Shown: positions 5,764 through 14,491 of the stretch, one piece after another
How the letters are laid out: the number at the start of each line of letters is the position of its first letter
Numbering within the stretch: the stretch's first letter is position 1
NCBI GenBank assembly: GCA_037442925.1
Contig: JBBIPG010000042.1
Location: 1-19,867 of the forward strand
Length of the DNA stretch: 19,867 nucleotides
Direction: 5' to 3'
Origin: Candidatus Fraserbacteria bacterium
Lineage (GTDB): Bacteria; Bipolaricaulota; Bipolaricaulia; RBG-16-55-9
The notes under the pieces: generated by a model
What the model was told of the DNA's origin: nothing
The model's input: the letters and a program-made list of their open reading frames with translations, nothing else
Database searches by the model: none
Made by a program: the position numbers and the translations under genes

Positions 5764-7362
5764 ATGTTACAGCTGCGAGATCTTCTTCAGAGTGTGCTTC
5801 TCATCGGTTCACTCACGGCACTGAGTCGTGTGTTAGGCTTAGTGCGCGATACGATCATTGCACACCACTTCGGAGCCAGTGCCGACTACGACGCTTTCCT
5901 CATCGCGTTCTTGATTCCGCATCTCTTGAGAATGCTTCTCGCGGAAGGGGCTCTTAGCACGGCCCTCATCCCTCTGCTGTCCGAGTATCTGGTAAAGGGA
6001 CGGGAACTCGCCACTCGCTTTACCAACAATGTGCTCACGCAGGCATTGATCGTCTTGCCGATCATCGTGGTACTGGGCGTGGGACTTTCCCCCTATTATG
6101 TGCCATTTCTCGCAGATGGGTTCAACACCGCCAAGCAGGCGCTCACCGTTCAGCTTGTGACATTCACGTTCCCCTTCATCATGCTGGTTGGCATCTCCGC
6201 CATCTTCATGGGAGTGCTCAATAGTCATGAGAAATTCTTCGCTCCGGCTTTCGCTCCCGTCTTGTTCAACGTGGGAATGATCATCGGAGCTGTGTGGATC
6301 GCTCCGCACGTACATCCTCCGATATTTGGCTTAGCGTTAGGGGTGCTCCTAGGCGGGCTAGGACAGCTTCTCTTTCAGCTTCCCTTCTTGCGCGGGCAGC
6401 TACAGTATCGCTTCATCTGGGATCCCAAAGACGAGAGCGTTCGGAGATTGCTCACTCTGATGATGCCAACGGTCATTGGGTTGGCCGTCGTGGAATTGAA
6501 CGTGATGGTCGACAGCAAACTGGCCTCGCGCTTGGGGGATGGCTCCATTGCCGCCTTGCAGTACGCCGTACGACTATTCCAATTGCCCTTGGGAGTCTTT
6601 GCCGTCGCGTTGGCCACGGCGCTCTTGCCACGCTTGAGCCGACAAGCCGACCCGGCGAACCGCCAAGAGTTCATCGCTTCCCTGCAACAGGGGCTACGAC
6701 TGGCAGCCTTCATTCTACTTCCAGCGACGGCCGGACTCCTCGTGCTGGGTGGGCCGATCATTCAATTGCTCTTCGAGCATGGACGCTTTAGCCCAGAAGA
6801 TACGGCGCGCACTCTGTATGCTTTGCGCTTCTTGGCTCTGGGGCTTGTTGGCTATGGGATGACGTACCTTCTCACACGCGCCTTCTATGCTCTGCAAGAT
6901 ACGCGTACTCCCGTGGCGATCAGCGCCGTTACGGTAGGACTCAACATCGCCCTGGATCTGCTCTTGATTGGTCCGATGGGAATCGGGGGATTGGCACTGG
7001 CCACTTCCCTCGCTGGACTCATCCAGATGGTGCTGCTCACGCTCCTGCTGCAGGGCCGATTAGGGGCTCCCATCGTTCGCTCAGTTACTCCACATGTGGT
7101 CAAGATGGCTCTTGCTGCTCTGCTCATGAGCATGTGCGTTTACGTACTCGATCTGGTATTGGCCTCTGTGAACGTGAACGAGTTCGTCCGGGTCGGCCTG
7201 GGCGTGACCGTGGGATTATTCAGCTATGGATTGCTGTCATTGTGGGGACATCTGCTGCCAGAAATGAGACTCGTAAGGCCACGTTCTGAGACGCCTCCGT
7301 TTGGACGAAAGTCGCTCGCTCTGGCACGATTCAAGCAGCACTTCATTGGCCGGGCAGAATGA
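5764..7362 (+). CDS. murJ: Lipid II flippase MurJ (MviN)
   Basis: SRVLGLVRD, DAFLIAFLIPHLLRMLLAEGALS, RLFQLPLGVF, RAFYALQDTRTP; multiple TM helices. Confidence 0.97.
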   Translation: MLQLRDLLQSVLLIGSLTALSRVLGLVRDTIIAHHFGASADYDAFLIAFLIPHLLRMLLAEGALSTALIPLLSEYLVKGRELATRFTNNVLTQALIVLPIIVVLGVGLSPYYVPFLADGFNTAKQALTVQLVTFTFPFIMLVGISAIFMGVLNSHEKFFAPAFAPVLFNVGMIIGAVWIAPHVHPPIFGLALGVLLGGLGQLLFQLPFLRGQLQYRFIWDPKDESVRRLLTLMMPTVIGLAVVELNVMVDSKLASRLGDGSIAALQYAVRLFQLPLGVFAVALATALLPRLSRQADPANRQEFIASLQQGLRLAAFILLPATAGLLVLGGPIIQLLFEHGRFSPEDTARTLYALRFLALGLVGYGMTYLLTRAFYALQDTRTPVAISAVTVGLNIALDLLLIGPMGIGGLALATSLAGLIQMVLLTLLLQGRLGAPIVRSVTPHVVKMALAALLMSMCVYVLDLVLASVNVNEFVRVGLGVTVGLFSYGLLSLWGHLLPEMRLVRPRSETPPFGRKSLALARFKQHFIGRAE

Positions 7363-7978
7363 TCTTAGGCGTCTCAATGGCCGTGGGCTGTTCGGCCATC
7401 AAGCCTTCAGGAACTCCAATAAACTTCTCCACGTGACCTAAGAGTCCGTGCAGCGCCTGCCGAGGTTCCGCGCCATCTTTCAACGAGTTGATAGACCCGA
7501 TGAGCGCATCGACCGCTCGCTGAGCTTGCTCGAACTCTAGAGCACGCTTTTTCTCCCGATACCCTCGTACGGCCTCAGAAAGATGCTTGCCGAGAGAAGT
7601 CCCTGGAGTTTCAATCACTTCCACAGGACTGAGCTTTCGCTTCACGAATTCCAGCGCTTCGTATAGATCTTCATCGGTTCCGCGGGTCTGCTGAAGAAAG
7701 TATTGATAGATAGAGATCTCTAAGAACACAACGAAGTCGAGCAGATCTTGTGTGCGTGCGCGATAGAAGGGCTCTGTGGCAGCACTCCACACCCGATGAA
7801 ATTCCGGCCCCAGGCGCGATCGCTGATACTCCTCGTGGGATTGGAAATACCTACAGTGAGCAGGGCAGTCGATACGGACTCCTCGGTGTTGCCCGCAGCA
7901 CGAAGCCGAGATGAGTCCCCCAAGCGCCGGACACTCCCGCCGACCTTTATCTTTATGGCAATAGACGCAACTCGCCAT
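7343..7978 (-). CDS. Hypothetical protein with an N-terminal Cys-rich metal-binding domain
   Basis: CVYC...RECP...SCCGQHR...IDCPAHCRY (7 Cys). Last gene of the Rrf2 operon, 8 nt after the DUF59 gene; overlaps the murJ 3' end by 20 nt. Confidence 0.78.
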   Translation of the reverse strand: MASCVYCHKDKGRRECPALGGLISASCCGQHRGVRIDCPAHCRYFQSHEEYQRSRLGPEFHRVWSAATEPFYRARTQDLLDFVVFLEISIYQYFLQQTRGTDEDLYEALEFVKRKLSPVEVIETPGTSLGKHLSEAVRGYREKKRALEFEQAQRAVDALIGSINSLKDGAEPRQALHGLLGHVEKFIGVPEGLMAEQPTAIETPKIILPGQ

Positions 7979-7986
7979 CAGGGCGC

Positions 7987-8310
7987 TCAGACAAAGCCCA
8001 GCTCCATACGGGCATCTTCGCTCATCATGTCCGGAGTCCAGGGTGGGTCAAAGACAAACTCCACTTCTACATTCAAGTCCTCTCCGTACTTCTCGCGAAG
8101 CACGCGGGCCACTTCCGCCTCAATGACATCATATAACGGGCACCCCATCGTGGTGAGCGTCATCTCTGGAGATACGTCTTTCTCGTCGCGGATCTCGACA
8201 TCGTAGAGCAGGCCCAGATCAACTACATTTATTCCCAACTCTGGGTCATGCACGTTCTGGCGGATGCACTCGCGAATCTCATCAGCATTCAGGCTCATGT
8301 GCACATGCAC
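7987..8310 (-). CDS. Metal-sulfur cluster assembly factor (DUF59/SufT-like)
   Basis: DPELGINVVDLGLLY, MTLTTMGCP and DPPWTPDMMS motifs. Start may be 8298. Confidence 0.93.
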   Translation of the reverse strand: MHVHMSLNADEIRECIRQNVHDPELGINVVDLGLLYDVEIRDEKDVSPEMTLTTMGCPLYDVIEAEVARVLREKYGEDLNVEVEFVFDPPWTPDMMSEDARMELGFV

Positions 8311-8334
8311 TTCCTTTCTTCTACGACATAAAGA

Positions 8335-9408
8335 TCATATCGTCTGTCGCTGCTTCTGCAACAAGTACTGAGCGATCCTGCGGAACTCCTGGGCCGCTAC
8401 CGAATCCGGCGCGCTCGTGACAATGGGGATGCCTCGATCTCCGCCCTCACGGATCGCCGGATCGATCGGGATCTTCCCCAGTAGTGGGACCCCGCGGCGC
8501 TGGGCCTCGCGCTCGCCCCCGCCGGAGCCGAAGATCTCCGTAGGCTTCCCACAGTGGGGACACAGAAAATAGCTCATATTCTCGACGATCCCCCAGAGAG
8601 GCACTTCCAGTCTCTTAAATGTCGTGATGCCGCGGCGAACGTCAGCCAGTGAGACTTCTTGGGGAGTCGTGACGGCAATGGAGCCCGAAAGCTCTAGATC
8701 CTGAGCCAATCCCAACTGCGCATCGCCCGTCCCTGGAGGCAAATCTATAAGAATATAATCTAAGTCACCCCATTCCACACCACTCAAAAGTTCGTTGATG
8801 GCTTTTGAGATCATCGGGCCACGCCAGATGAGGGCTTCTTCGGCTTCGACCAAGAGCCCCAGCGAGATCGTCTTAAGGCCGTACTTCTCGATGGGCTGGA
8901 TCTTGCCGCGCGCCACCATGGGACGCTCATCAATCCCTAAAAGATTCGGGATGTTCGGGCCATGCACATCGCCATCAAAGAGTCCAACGCGTGCCCCGGC
9001 TTGGGCGAGAGCTACGGCGAGATTGACGCTCACCGTGCTCTTGCCCACGCCTCCCTTGCCGCTGAAGATGGCGACTGTCTCTTTGACGCTGGGCAACTCG
9101 ATGCGCCGCGCCGTGCGCGCCTCCGGCCGGATCGTTCGTTGAGGCCCGGCCGAATGCCTTGAGCCTACATCTTGTGTAAACGTGATCTCCACGCCGGACA
9201 CACTCTCAATCCGGCTCACTTGTTCGTTCACCCATTGGCGCAACTGAGACTTCGAAGCATAAGCGGGCTTGAAATGGAGTAGGATGCGTGCCCTCCCATC
9301 CACGATCTCGATTCGCTCCAGCATGCCCGCGTCGATGAGGTTCTTGCCCAGTTTCGGAAGGATGATGTTCTCCAACGCCTTTTGGATACGCCCTTCTAAA
9401 GAACTCAT
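8335..9408 (-). CDS. mrp: Mrp/NBP35 (ApbC) Fe-S cluster carrier ATPase
   Basis: SGKGGVGKST deviant Walker A, WRGPM, DLPPGTGD and ENMSYFLCPHC. Confidence 0.95.
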   Translation of the reverse strand: MSSLEGRIQKALENIILPKLGKNLIDAGMLERIEIVDGRARILLHFKPAYASKSQLRQWVNEQVSRIESVSGVEITFTQDVGSRHSAGPQRTIRPEARTARRIELPSVKETVAIFSGKGGVGKSTVSVNLAVALAQAGARVGLFDGDVHGPNIPNLLGIDERPMVARGKIQPIEKYGLKTISLGLLVEAEEALIWRGPMISKAINELLSGVEWGDLDYILIDLPPGTGDAQLGLAQDLELSGSIAVTTPQEVSLADVRRGITTFKRLEVPLWGIVENMSYFLCPHCGKPTEIFGSGGGEREAQRRGVPLLGKIPIDPAIREGGDRGIPIVTSAPDSVAAQEFRRIAQYLLQKQRQTI

Positions 9409-9863
9409 CGCACGAGACCGCTCTCTTCGGGATTCGGATGTCTATTCACATGGGAAGTGCGAATGCTCTCGAGTAGATCGGCCAGGGTCATAGCTCCCAA
9501 AGCTTGTTCAAAGCGTTCATTGATCAACGCCCAGAAGCCGCTGGTGGGGCAGCCATCCTCGATCATGCACCTGAGCGCAGGATCCAGACAGGTCACGAGA
9601 GCCACCGGACCCTCCAACGCTTCGATCACCTCTCGGACCGAGATCCGATCGGGGGCGCGTTCCAGAGAATATCCACCGCTTCGGCCGTGGGTGGCCGCGA
9701 TCAGCCCCGCATTCTTCAACTCTTGCATGATCTTTTCCAAGAAAGGATCCGGGATGCCTTGAGCAGCAACAATCTCGGTGATCGAAATCGGTGATCGGCC
9801 GTAGCTCTTGGCCAGTTCACACATGGCTCTAAGACCGTAATCGCTCTTGCGGGTGATCCTCAT
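9405..9863 (-). CDS. Rrf2-family transcriptional regulator, IscR/NsrR-like with three Cys
   Basis: MRITRKSDYGLRAM, GRSGGYSL and CLDPALRCMIEDGC. Start reassigned to ATG 9863. Confidence 0.93.
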   Translation of the reverse strand: MRITRKSDYGLRAMCELAKSYGRSPISITEIVAAQGIPDPFLEKIMQELKNAGLIAATHGRSGGYSLERAPDRISVREVIEALEGPVALVTCLDPALRCMIEDGCPTSGFWALINERFEQALGAMTLADLLESIRTSHVNRHPNPEESGLVR

Positions 9864-9895
9864 GTCTGGTCTCTCTCCCGAAAACTCTGTGGGCA

Positions 9896-9924
9896 ATTGT
9901 AGAGAAGGAGCATGGGATTGTCAA
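9896..9924 (-). promoter_or_regulatory. Promoter of the Rrf2 operon
   Basis: TTGACA (9924-9919)-17 bp-TACAAT (9901-9896). The imperfect inverted repeat CCCACAGAGTTTTCGGG just downstream is a candidate Rrf2 operator. Confidence 0.8.
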
Positions 9925-9937
9925 AGAGGGCTACGTT

Positions 9938-11188
9938 CTAGCGAGGACTCTGTTGAGCCTGGAGCTCAGCAATCAGCTTTTGCAGGATCTGCCACAGGGC
10001 AGGGTCCGAGATGTTGCGGCGGGCGTTGCCCAGTCCGATCTCGCGCGCCTTCTTGATCAGTTCGGCTGCCTCTGCCGTTCGACCCTCATACTGGAGCGAA
10101 AGGCCTTTCATCATCAGCTGGACGTACTCGCTTCCGGGGCCATGGCAGGCCTCGCAGGTGAGGTCCATCGTGCGCATGGTTTCCAGTAGAGGCTCGATCT
10201 TCCCAAGGTCAGGGAGACTACCCGTCTGACGAGCCGTGTCGAGTAATTTCAGCAGCTCCTCCCGTTCTTTGGGATCACTGACCGTCTGGGTGATCAGCAC
10301 GTCGGACAAGAAGGGATGATTGATCAGATAGAGCTCGGGGTGCGTGCTCGTCTTAAATGCATCTTGGAACCACTGCTCGACGTGCGCTTTGTTGGTGGGC
10401 GGAATGTACGGCGAGCCACCCGGATACGGGTTCGAGTGACACGCGATGCACGTGTTTGATCCGATGAACTCTAGCGGCGCTCCGATGGGAGAGGCGTCCG
10501 TCATCCCCGCGACGGCCTCTGCCTGCGGATTCACGAATTGAAACGACTCACGTTCTACTACATTGGCCACCAGAAATGTGTCTTTATAAAGCCGCCACCA
10601 GGCCTCCACCTGCTGGATGGACTTCTCGCGTTCCTCCAGGGGCGCGTTGAAGACGAACCCAAAGTCGTTGCCGGTCATCCAGCGAATCATTTCAATGGAC
10701 CGTTGTCGCACCATCTGCTGAGGAGAACGAAGTCCCTCTAAGCTCTCAAGAAAGATCTCGGCATAGCGGCTGCGCATGCCCTCATGGGCACGACGGCTCG
10801 TAAGAGCCAGAGGATCGCCGCCGTGGCAGGCAGTGCAGCCGACTTGGTCGAACGGGAGATCCTTCAGCACAAGGACATTGGCGTGGATCTCGTTGAGGTC
10901 TTTTAGGGGATTCTCGGCAAAGCGGGCTCCGCCCTGATTGATATGGCAGGCCAGGCACGCATCGGCGCTTCGTCCAGGGTCGGTCACGACTTTACTGGTG
11001 TTCAGGCCGAGCTGGAACTCAATGCTCAGGCGATCCCCCAGGCTGAGCGAGCCCTTTTCGTTCTCATGGACGGCGGCAAGGTAGGTGCGCTGCCAGTATC
11101 GCCATTCTTGATTATAGTCATCGATGGCTATGGCGATAACAGCCAACAGGAGCAAGACGCTTGCGACGGCGAAATATTTACGGATCAT
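9938..11188 (-). CDS. Exported or membrane-anchored tetraheme c-type cytochrome
   Basis: N-terminal hydrophobic helix and four CxxCH motifs (CLACH, CTACH, CIACH, CEACH). Confidence 0.88.
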   Translation of the reverse strand: MIRKYFAVASVLLLLAVIAIAIDDYNQEWRYWQRTYLAAVHENEKGSLSLGDRLSIEFQLGLNTSKVVTDPGRSADACLACHINQGGARFAENPLKDLNEIHANVLVLKDLPFDQVGCTACHGGDPLALTSRRAHEGMRSRYAEIFLESLEGLRSPQQMVRQRSIEMIRWMTGNDFGFVFNAPLEEREKSIQQVEAWWRLYKDTFLVANVVERESFQFVNPQAEAVAGMTDASPIGAPLEFIGSNTCIACHSNPYPGGSPYIPPTNKAHVEQWFQDAFKTSTHPELYLINHPFLSDVLITQTVSDPKEREELLKLLDTARQTGSLPDLGKIEPLLETMRTMDLTCEACHGPGSEYVQLMMKGLSLQYEGRTAEAAELIKKAREIGLGNARRNISDPALWQILQKLIAELQAQQSPR

Positions 11189-11207
11189 GGAGATTGTGAC
11201 GACTCCT

Positions 11208-11236
11208 AAGATAGCAAGAACGGCCTTGATTTACAA
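11208..11236 (-). promoter_or_regulatory. Putative separate promoter for the cytochrome gene
   Basis: TTGTAA-17 bp-TATCTT with extended TG, followed by AGGAG. Confidence 0.45.
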
Positions 11237-12040
11237 GCCGTAAGATTCAGGAGTCAGCAAGGGAGACTGGCGAATCCGATTGAAGCCTTTCCAGCCAACC
11301 CATCCCAGAAGCAGTAAGACTATAGGGGATGCCCACCAGATTGCAGGCCACCAAATCGGGGCATGGGATTTGGTGAAGACTAGGCCTTCCCAAGGGAAAG
11401 ATGAGGAACCGCTGCCTGCAGCACCACTAGATCTTTGGGTTTGACCAACCACTGTGAAGTGTTGTTGTTTGCTTAAGTCACCGTGAGCATAGACGAACAT
11501 GTGATAGCCAAATGTGCTTGGGATCAATAAAAGTATTACGACGAGGAGGGGCATAACAAGTTGGAGTCCTCTCTTCAGTTTCGAGCCCCATGAAGCCTTA
11601 CTCACCCCCCAGACGATGGTCAGAACTCCTCCGAGGATGATGGCCAACAGCAAGTCCGTCTGCCATTCGCGGGCAAGACTCTCTTGAGTCGCTTTCATGC
11701 GATCCACTAGAGAAGTGTATTCGGCAGGGATTGTGACCAAAATGTACTCCGACTGCAAAAAAGAGATCTGCTCCGTATTGTTGTGAATAAACGTGGTCAT
11801 CTGGTCCACCATGCCGGAGTACACATGACTCACCAAGCCATAGGGAATTGATATGAAGTACAGCAGTAAGGAGAAGAGCAGCGCGGACTTGAAGCTGATT
11901 CGTCGCTCTGCCTTGCCTAGTCGCAAAACGATCCCATTGAAGAGGAGTTGGATAAGGAGCGCGATAATAGACAAACCAATAATGGCGATTGTGGCAAACC
12001 CGATGGTTGCTAAGGCGTACCAGACATACCAACTGTTCAT
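11231..12040 (-). CDS. Hypothetical polytopic membrane protein (~5 TM)
   Basis: Several long hydrophobic segments; RBS GAGGTG upstream; no family recognised. Confidence 0.72.
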   Translation of the reverse strand: MNSWYVWYALATIGFATIAIIGLSIIALLIQLLFNGIVLRLGKAERRISFKSALLFSLLLYFISIPYGLVSHVYSGMVDQMTTFIHNNTEQISFLQSEYILVTIPAEYTSLVDRMKATQESLAREWQTDLLLAIILGGVLTIVWGVSKASWGSKLKRGLQLVMPLLVVILLLIPSTFGYHMFVYAHGDLSKQQHFTVVGQTQRSSGAAGSGSSSFPWEGLVFTKSHAPIWWPAIWWASPIVLLLLGWVGWKGFNRIRQSPLLTPESYGL

Positions 12041-12132
12041 ACAGTCACCTCGCCCTTATCTGGCGAATCATGCCCTTCGGTCAGACTCTATCTCGATTAT
12101 ACGTGCCTGTCACCTCCAGTCCTAATCGCAAA

Positions 12133-13197
12133 TCAGTTGGAAGGTGTCGAAGGCTTGACTATGATTGTGTAAAGTGGCGTAATCAGCGCTAAGGACAGCG
12201 GGCCTTCCAAGGGATTCGCTTCACTCCGAAGATTGTAGGGGTTTATGATTCCGAAGGGCACGAGGAGATGGCTGCCAGGTTCCTGCGGTGCGATGAGAGA
12301 CGCTGGTATATCCGCTTCTTGATCGCAGGAGAGCCTCAAGTGCGCTAGCGGCTGCTGGTTGCCCACTTCGATAGGAAGCTGCAACCCGTCTAGGATTGAC
12401 ATGGCAATATAATCCCTATCCCCACCTCCTGGAATGCAGGGAGCTCGCACCACTAGGTAATAGTCTAGACGCTGACCGGGTAGGAGTTCTACCTGCCAGT
12501 TATCTATTTGCTGGTCGAGCGGATTGGGCACAAGGCTTAGAAAGATCCCATCCCTCAGGTTGCTGTCTGACGGGAGCATTGTCCCCCTTCGAAACACGGA
12601 ATCAGGCGGCCTGAGCGGCGACACCTTAGGCGGTTCTCCATTCCCTACTTGAATACTCATTTCCACGTATAGAGTCACGGTCCGGGGGATGGGGGGCGTC
12701 TCATGGACGCCGATAAGCACAAGAGATATGTTATTGAGCCCAGAAGGGAGAGGAGGGATCTCATCTGGAAGACGTGAGCTTGGCAAAGCACCATCATCTC
12801 GGGGTACTGATAGCCGATGTACGATGTCCTCCTTCCCCTCCAAGACAAAAGGCCGCTGGAGGCCGTAGTTGAGCATGAGAAGCGTGAGGGTTGTCTGACT
12901 TGTGCCATTGATCACCCCTAGAAAAAATGATAGGGATTGATTCGGCTTTGCTCGTACGAAATCGCGTGACGGTATTTGGAGCCTATCCAACTCCTGAGCC
13001 GCCTGCTGATTACCAAAGGAATTGGCAGCGCAAGAGAGTTCGATCAGCTTTTTAGTCAGTTGTACATCCTCACCGAAGGCAATGAAACATAAGTAGCTAT
13101 TAATCTTCTGCGGTTGAGCCCGAGGGCTTAGACTCACGCAGGTCAAAGTTGTGAACAGAGCAAGGAGCGTGAACCGTCGGATCAGACTGCCATTCAT
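12133..13197 (-). CDS. Hypothetical secreted protein with two tandem beta-rich repeats
   Basis: Signal peptide MNGSLIRRFTLLALFTTLTCVSLSPRA. ATG lies 2 nt after the upstream stop (track start is TTG 13206). Internal duplication is visible. Confidence 0.72.
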   Translation of the reverse strand: MNGSLIRRFTLLALFTTLTCVSLSPRAQPQKINSYLCFIAFGEDVQLTKKLIELSCAANSFGNQQAAQELDRLQIPSRDFVRAKPNQSLSFFLGVINGTSQTTLTLLMLNYGLQRPFVLEGKEDIVHRLSVPRDDGALPSSRLPDEIPPLPSGLNNISLVLIGVHETPPIPRTVTLYVEMSIQVGNGEPPKVSPLRPPDSVFRRGTMLPSDSNLRDGIFLSLVPNPLDQQIDNWQVELLPGQRLDYYLVVRAPCIPGGGDRDYIAMSILDGLQLPIEVGNQQPLAHLRLSCDQEADIPASLIAPQEPGSHLLVPFGIINPYNLRSEANPLEGPLSLALITPLYTIIVKPSTPSN

Positions 13198-13199
13198 AG

Positions 13200-14315
13200 C
13201 TAGCAATTGAAGGTGATGAGGAAATCTCCAAAGGATGAGGTGGAACCGGAGCCTTTGATCGGATCAGAGAAGCTGTGGAAGCCGGTGCCTGTAGCATCGA
13301 GCATTGTACAACCCGTGATAGGGATCGTCTTGGTGGTTGAAAGCGATGTATAGCATGTCGTGGAGCTGGAATTATAGCCAGTTCGCCGACAAGAACCTGG
13401 TGTAGCTCCACTAAGAGTGAGGTTGCCTTCTACGAGAATGCGCGTGACTCTGCTGCTTGTCACTGAGGTATGTGTGCCATTGACGTCTATATTGGCGATT
13501 ATAGCAGGAGGGATGAGTCGGATAGAGTGGCTAATTGACCCACTGACAAATGTGTAACCATCTATGTCAGTTCCTCCTCCTATCCCAGGATCAAGCTCGG
13601 CTGTGGAGGAGGAGGTAGTACCATCTCCAAGGTAGATCTCACCTGCCGCATCGCCGTCCACACCAGGATCAAGGAAGACAAGTTGAGCCGCAAGCCCAGA
13701 GGAGTTGGGTTGTCTTGGATGAGTAAACACGAAGAAGACCACTATGCCTTGAGTGTCATCCCTTAGGAGTAGAGTTAGTCCTGGAACTAGGACACGACTC
13801 CGCTTCTTGTACTCCTCCTCCAGCCACCGAAAAGCCCCTTTCGCGAGCATCTCTTGGAGCAAGTCCTTTCGCTCTTGAGAGACGTTGACGGCTCGCATGA
13901 TCGCTCCCGGCTGATATGCCGCCAACATGATGCGACTCCGATCCCGAAACTGCCAGTAGGAGAGCAAGCGATCTCCAAAAGGCAAGAGCACTACCGTGCC
14001 TGGATGAGACCCTCGCTCGAAAGAGAAAGCTTGCGCTCTGTCTAGCTCCAACTGTTTCCCCTCAGACTCCAAGAGCGATCTGACTCCCTGCACCCTCCAA
14101 TCTCCGAACGCTTGCTCGAGAGCAGCCTGTCGCTCTGATCCCAATAGCTCTTCGTCAAACTGGAAGCCTTGAGTGGAGATACCCGGATCGGAGTCACCAT
14201 TCCTTGTGGTTGCCGCAGGAATATCCAATCCCTGCGTGCATCCGAAGAGCCCTAGCGACAGAGTGACAAGAAGAAGCCCCAATCCGACTTGCTCACCTCG
14301 AAATGTTGGAAACAT
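13200..14315 (-). CDS. Hypothetical lipoprotein with a Ser/Thr-rich, 4-Cys C-terminal domain
   Basis: RBS GGAGGG before ATG 14315; lipobox LSLGLFGC. The track's extension to 14441 runs through the riboswitch leader. Confidence 0.8.
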   Translation of the reverse strand: MFPTFRGEQVGLGLLLVTLSLGLFGCTQGLDIPAATTRNGDSDPGISTQGFQFDEELLGSERQAALEQAFGDWRVQGVRSLLESEGKQLELDRAQAFSFERGSHPGTVVLLPFGDRLLSYWQFRDRSRIMLAAYQPGAIMRAVNVSQERKDLLQEMLAKGAFRWLEEEYKKRSRVLVPGLTLLLRDDTQGIVVFFVFTHPRQPNSSGLAAQLVFLDPGVDGDAAGEIYLGDGTTSSSTAELDPGIGGGTDIDGYTFVSGSISHSIRLIPPAIIANIDVNGTHTSVTSSRVTRILVEGNLTLSGATPGSCRRTGYNSSSTTCYTSLSTTKTIPITGCTMLDATGTGFHSFSDPIKGSGSTSSFGDFLITFNC

Positions 14316-14406
14316 GGTTGCTAACCCTCCCTGTTGAGAAGCTTCCCGGAAGGGGCAAATTGGAAACGAGTAAGGAGAGTGAAACAGGAAGCTATTGCAC
14401 GCCTTC

Positions 14407-14488
14407 ATCTTCGGCAGCCTGGCGATCTCGGTGAGATCCATGGCTTTGCGCCCCCTCCTCGCGAAGGGTTTGCCCTTTCGGGTGTAAA
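14407..14488 (-). ncRNA. Cyclic di-GMP-I (GEMM-I) riboswitch
   Basis: Minus strand CCCGAAAGGGCAAACCCTTCGCGAGGAGGGGGCGCAAAGCCATGGATCTCACCGAGATCGCCAGGCTGCCGAAG: GGCAAACC P2 with GNRA loop (GCGA), CGCAAAGC junction, P3 hairpin and GCTGCCG 3' end. Confidence 0.93.
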
Positions 14489-14491
14489 CTC

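Noticed and set aside
14316..14441. N-terminal extension of the lipoprotein
   Set aside because: It overlaps the riboswitch leader; the SD and lipobox spacing support ATG 14315.
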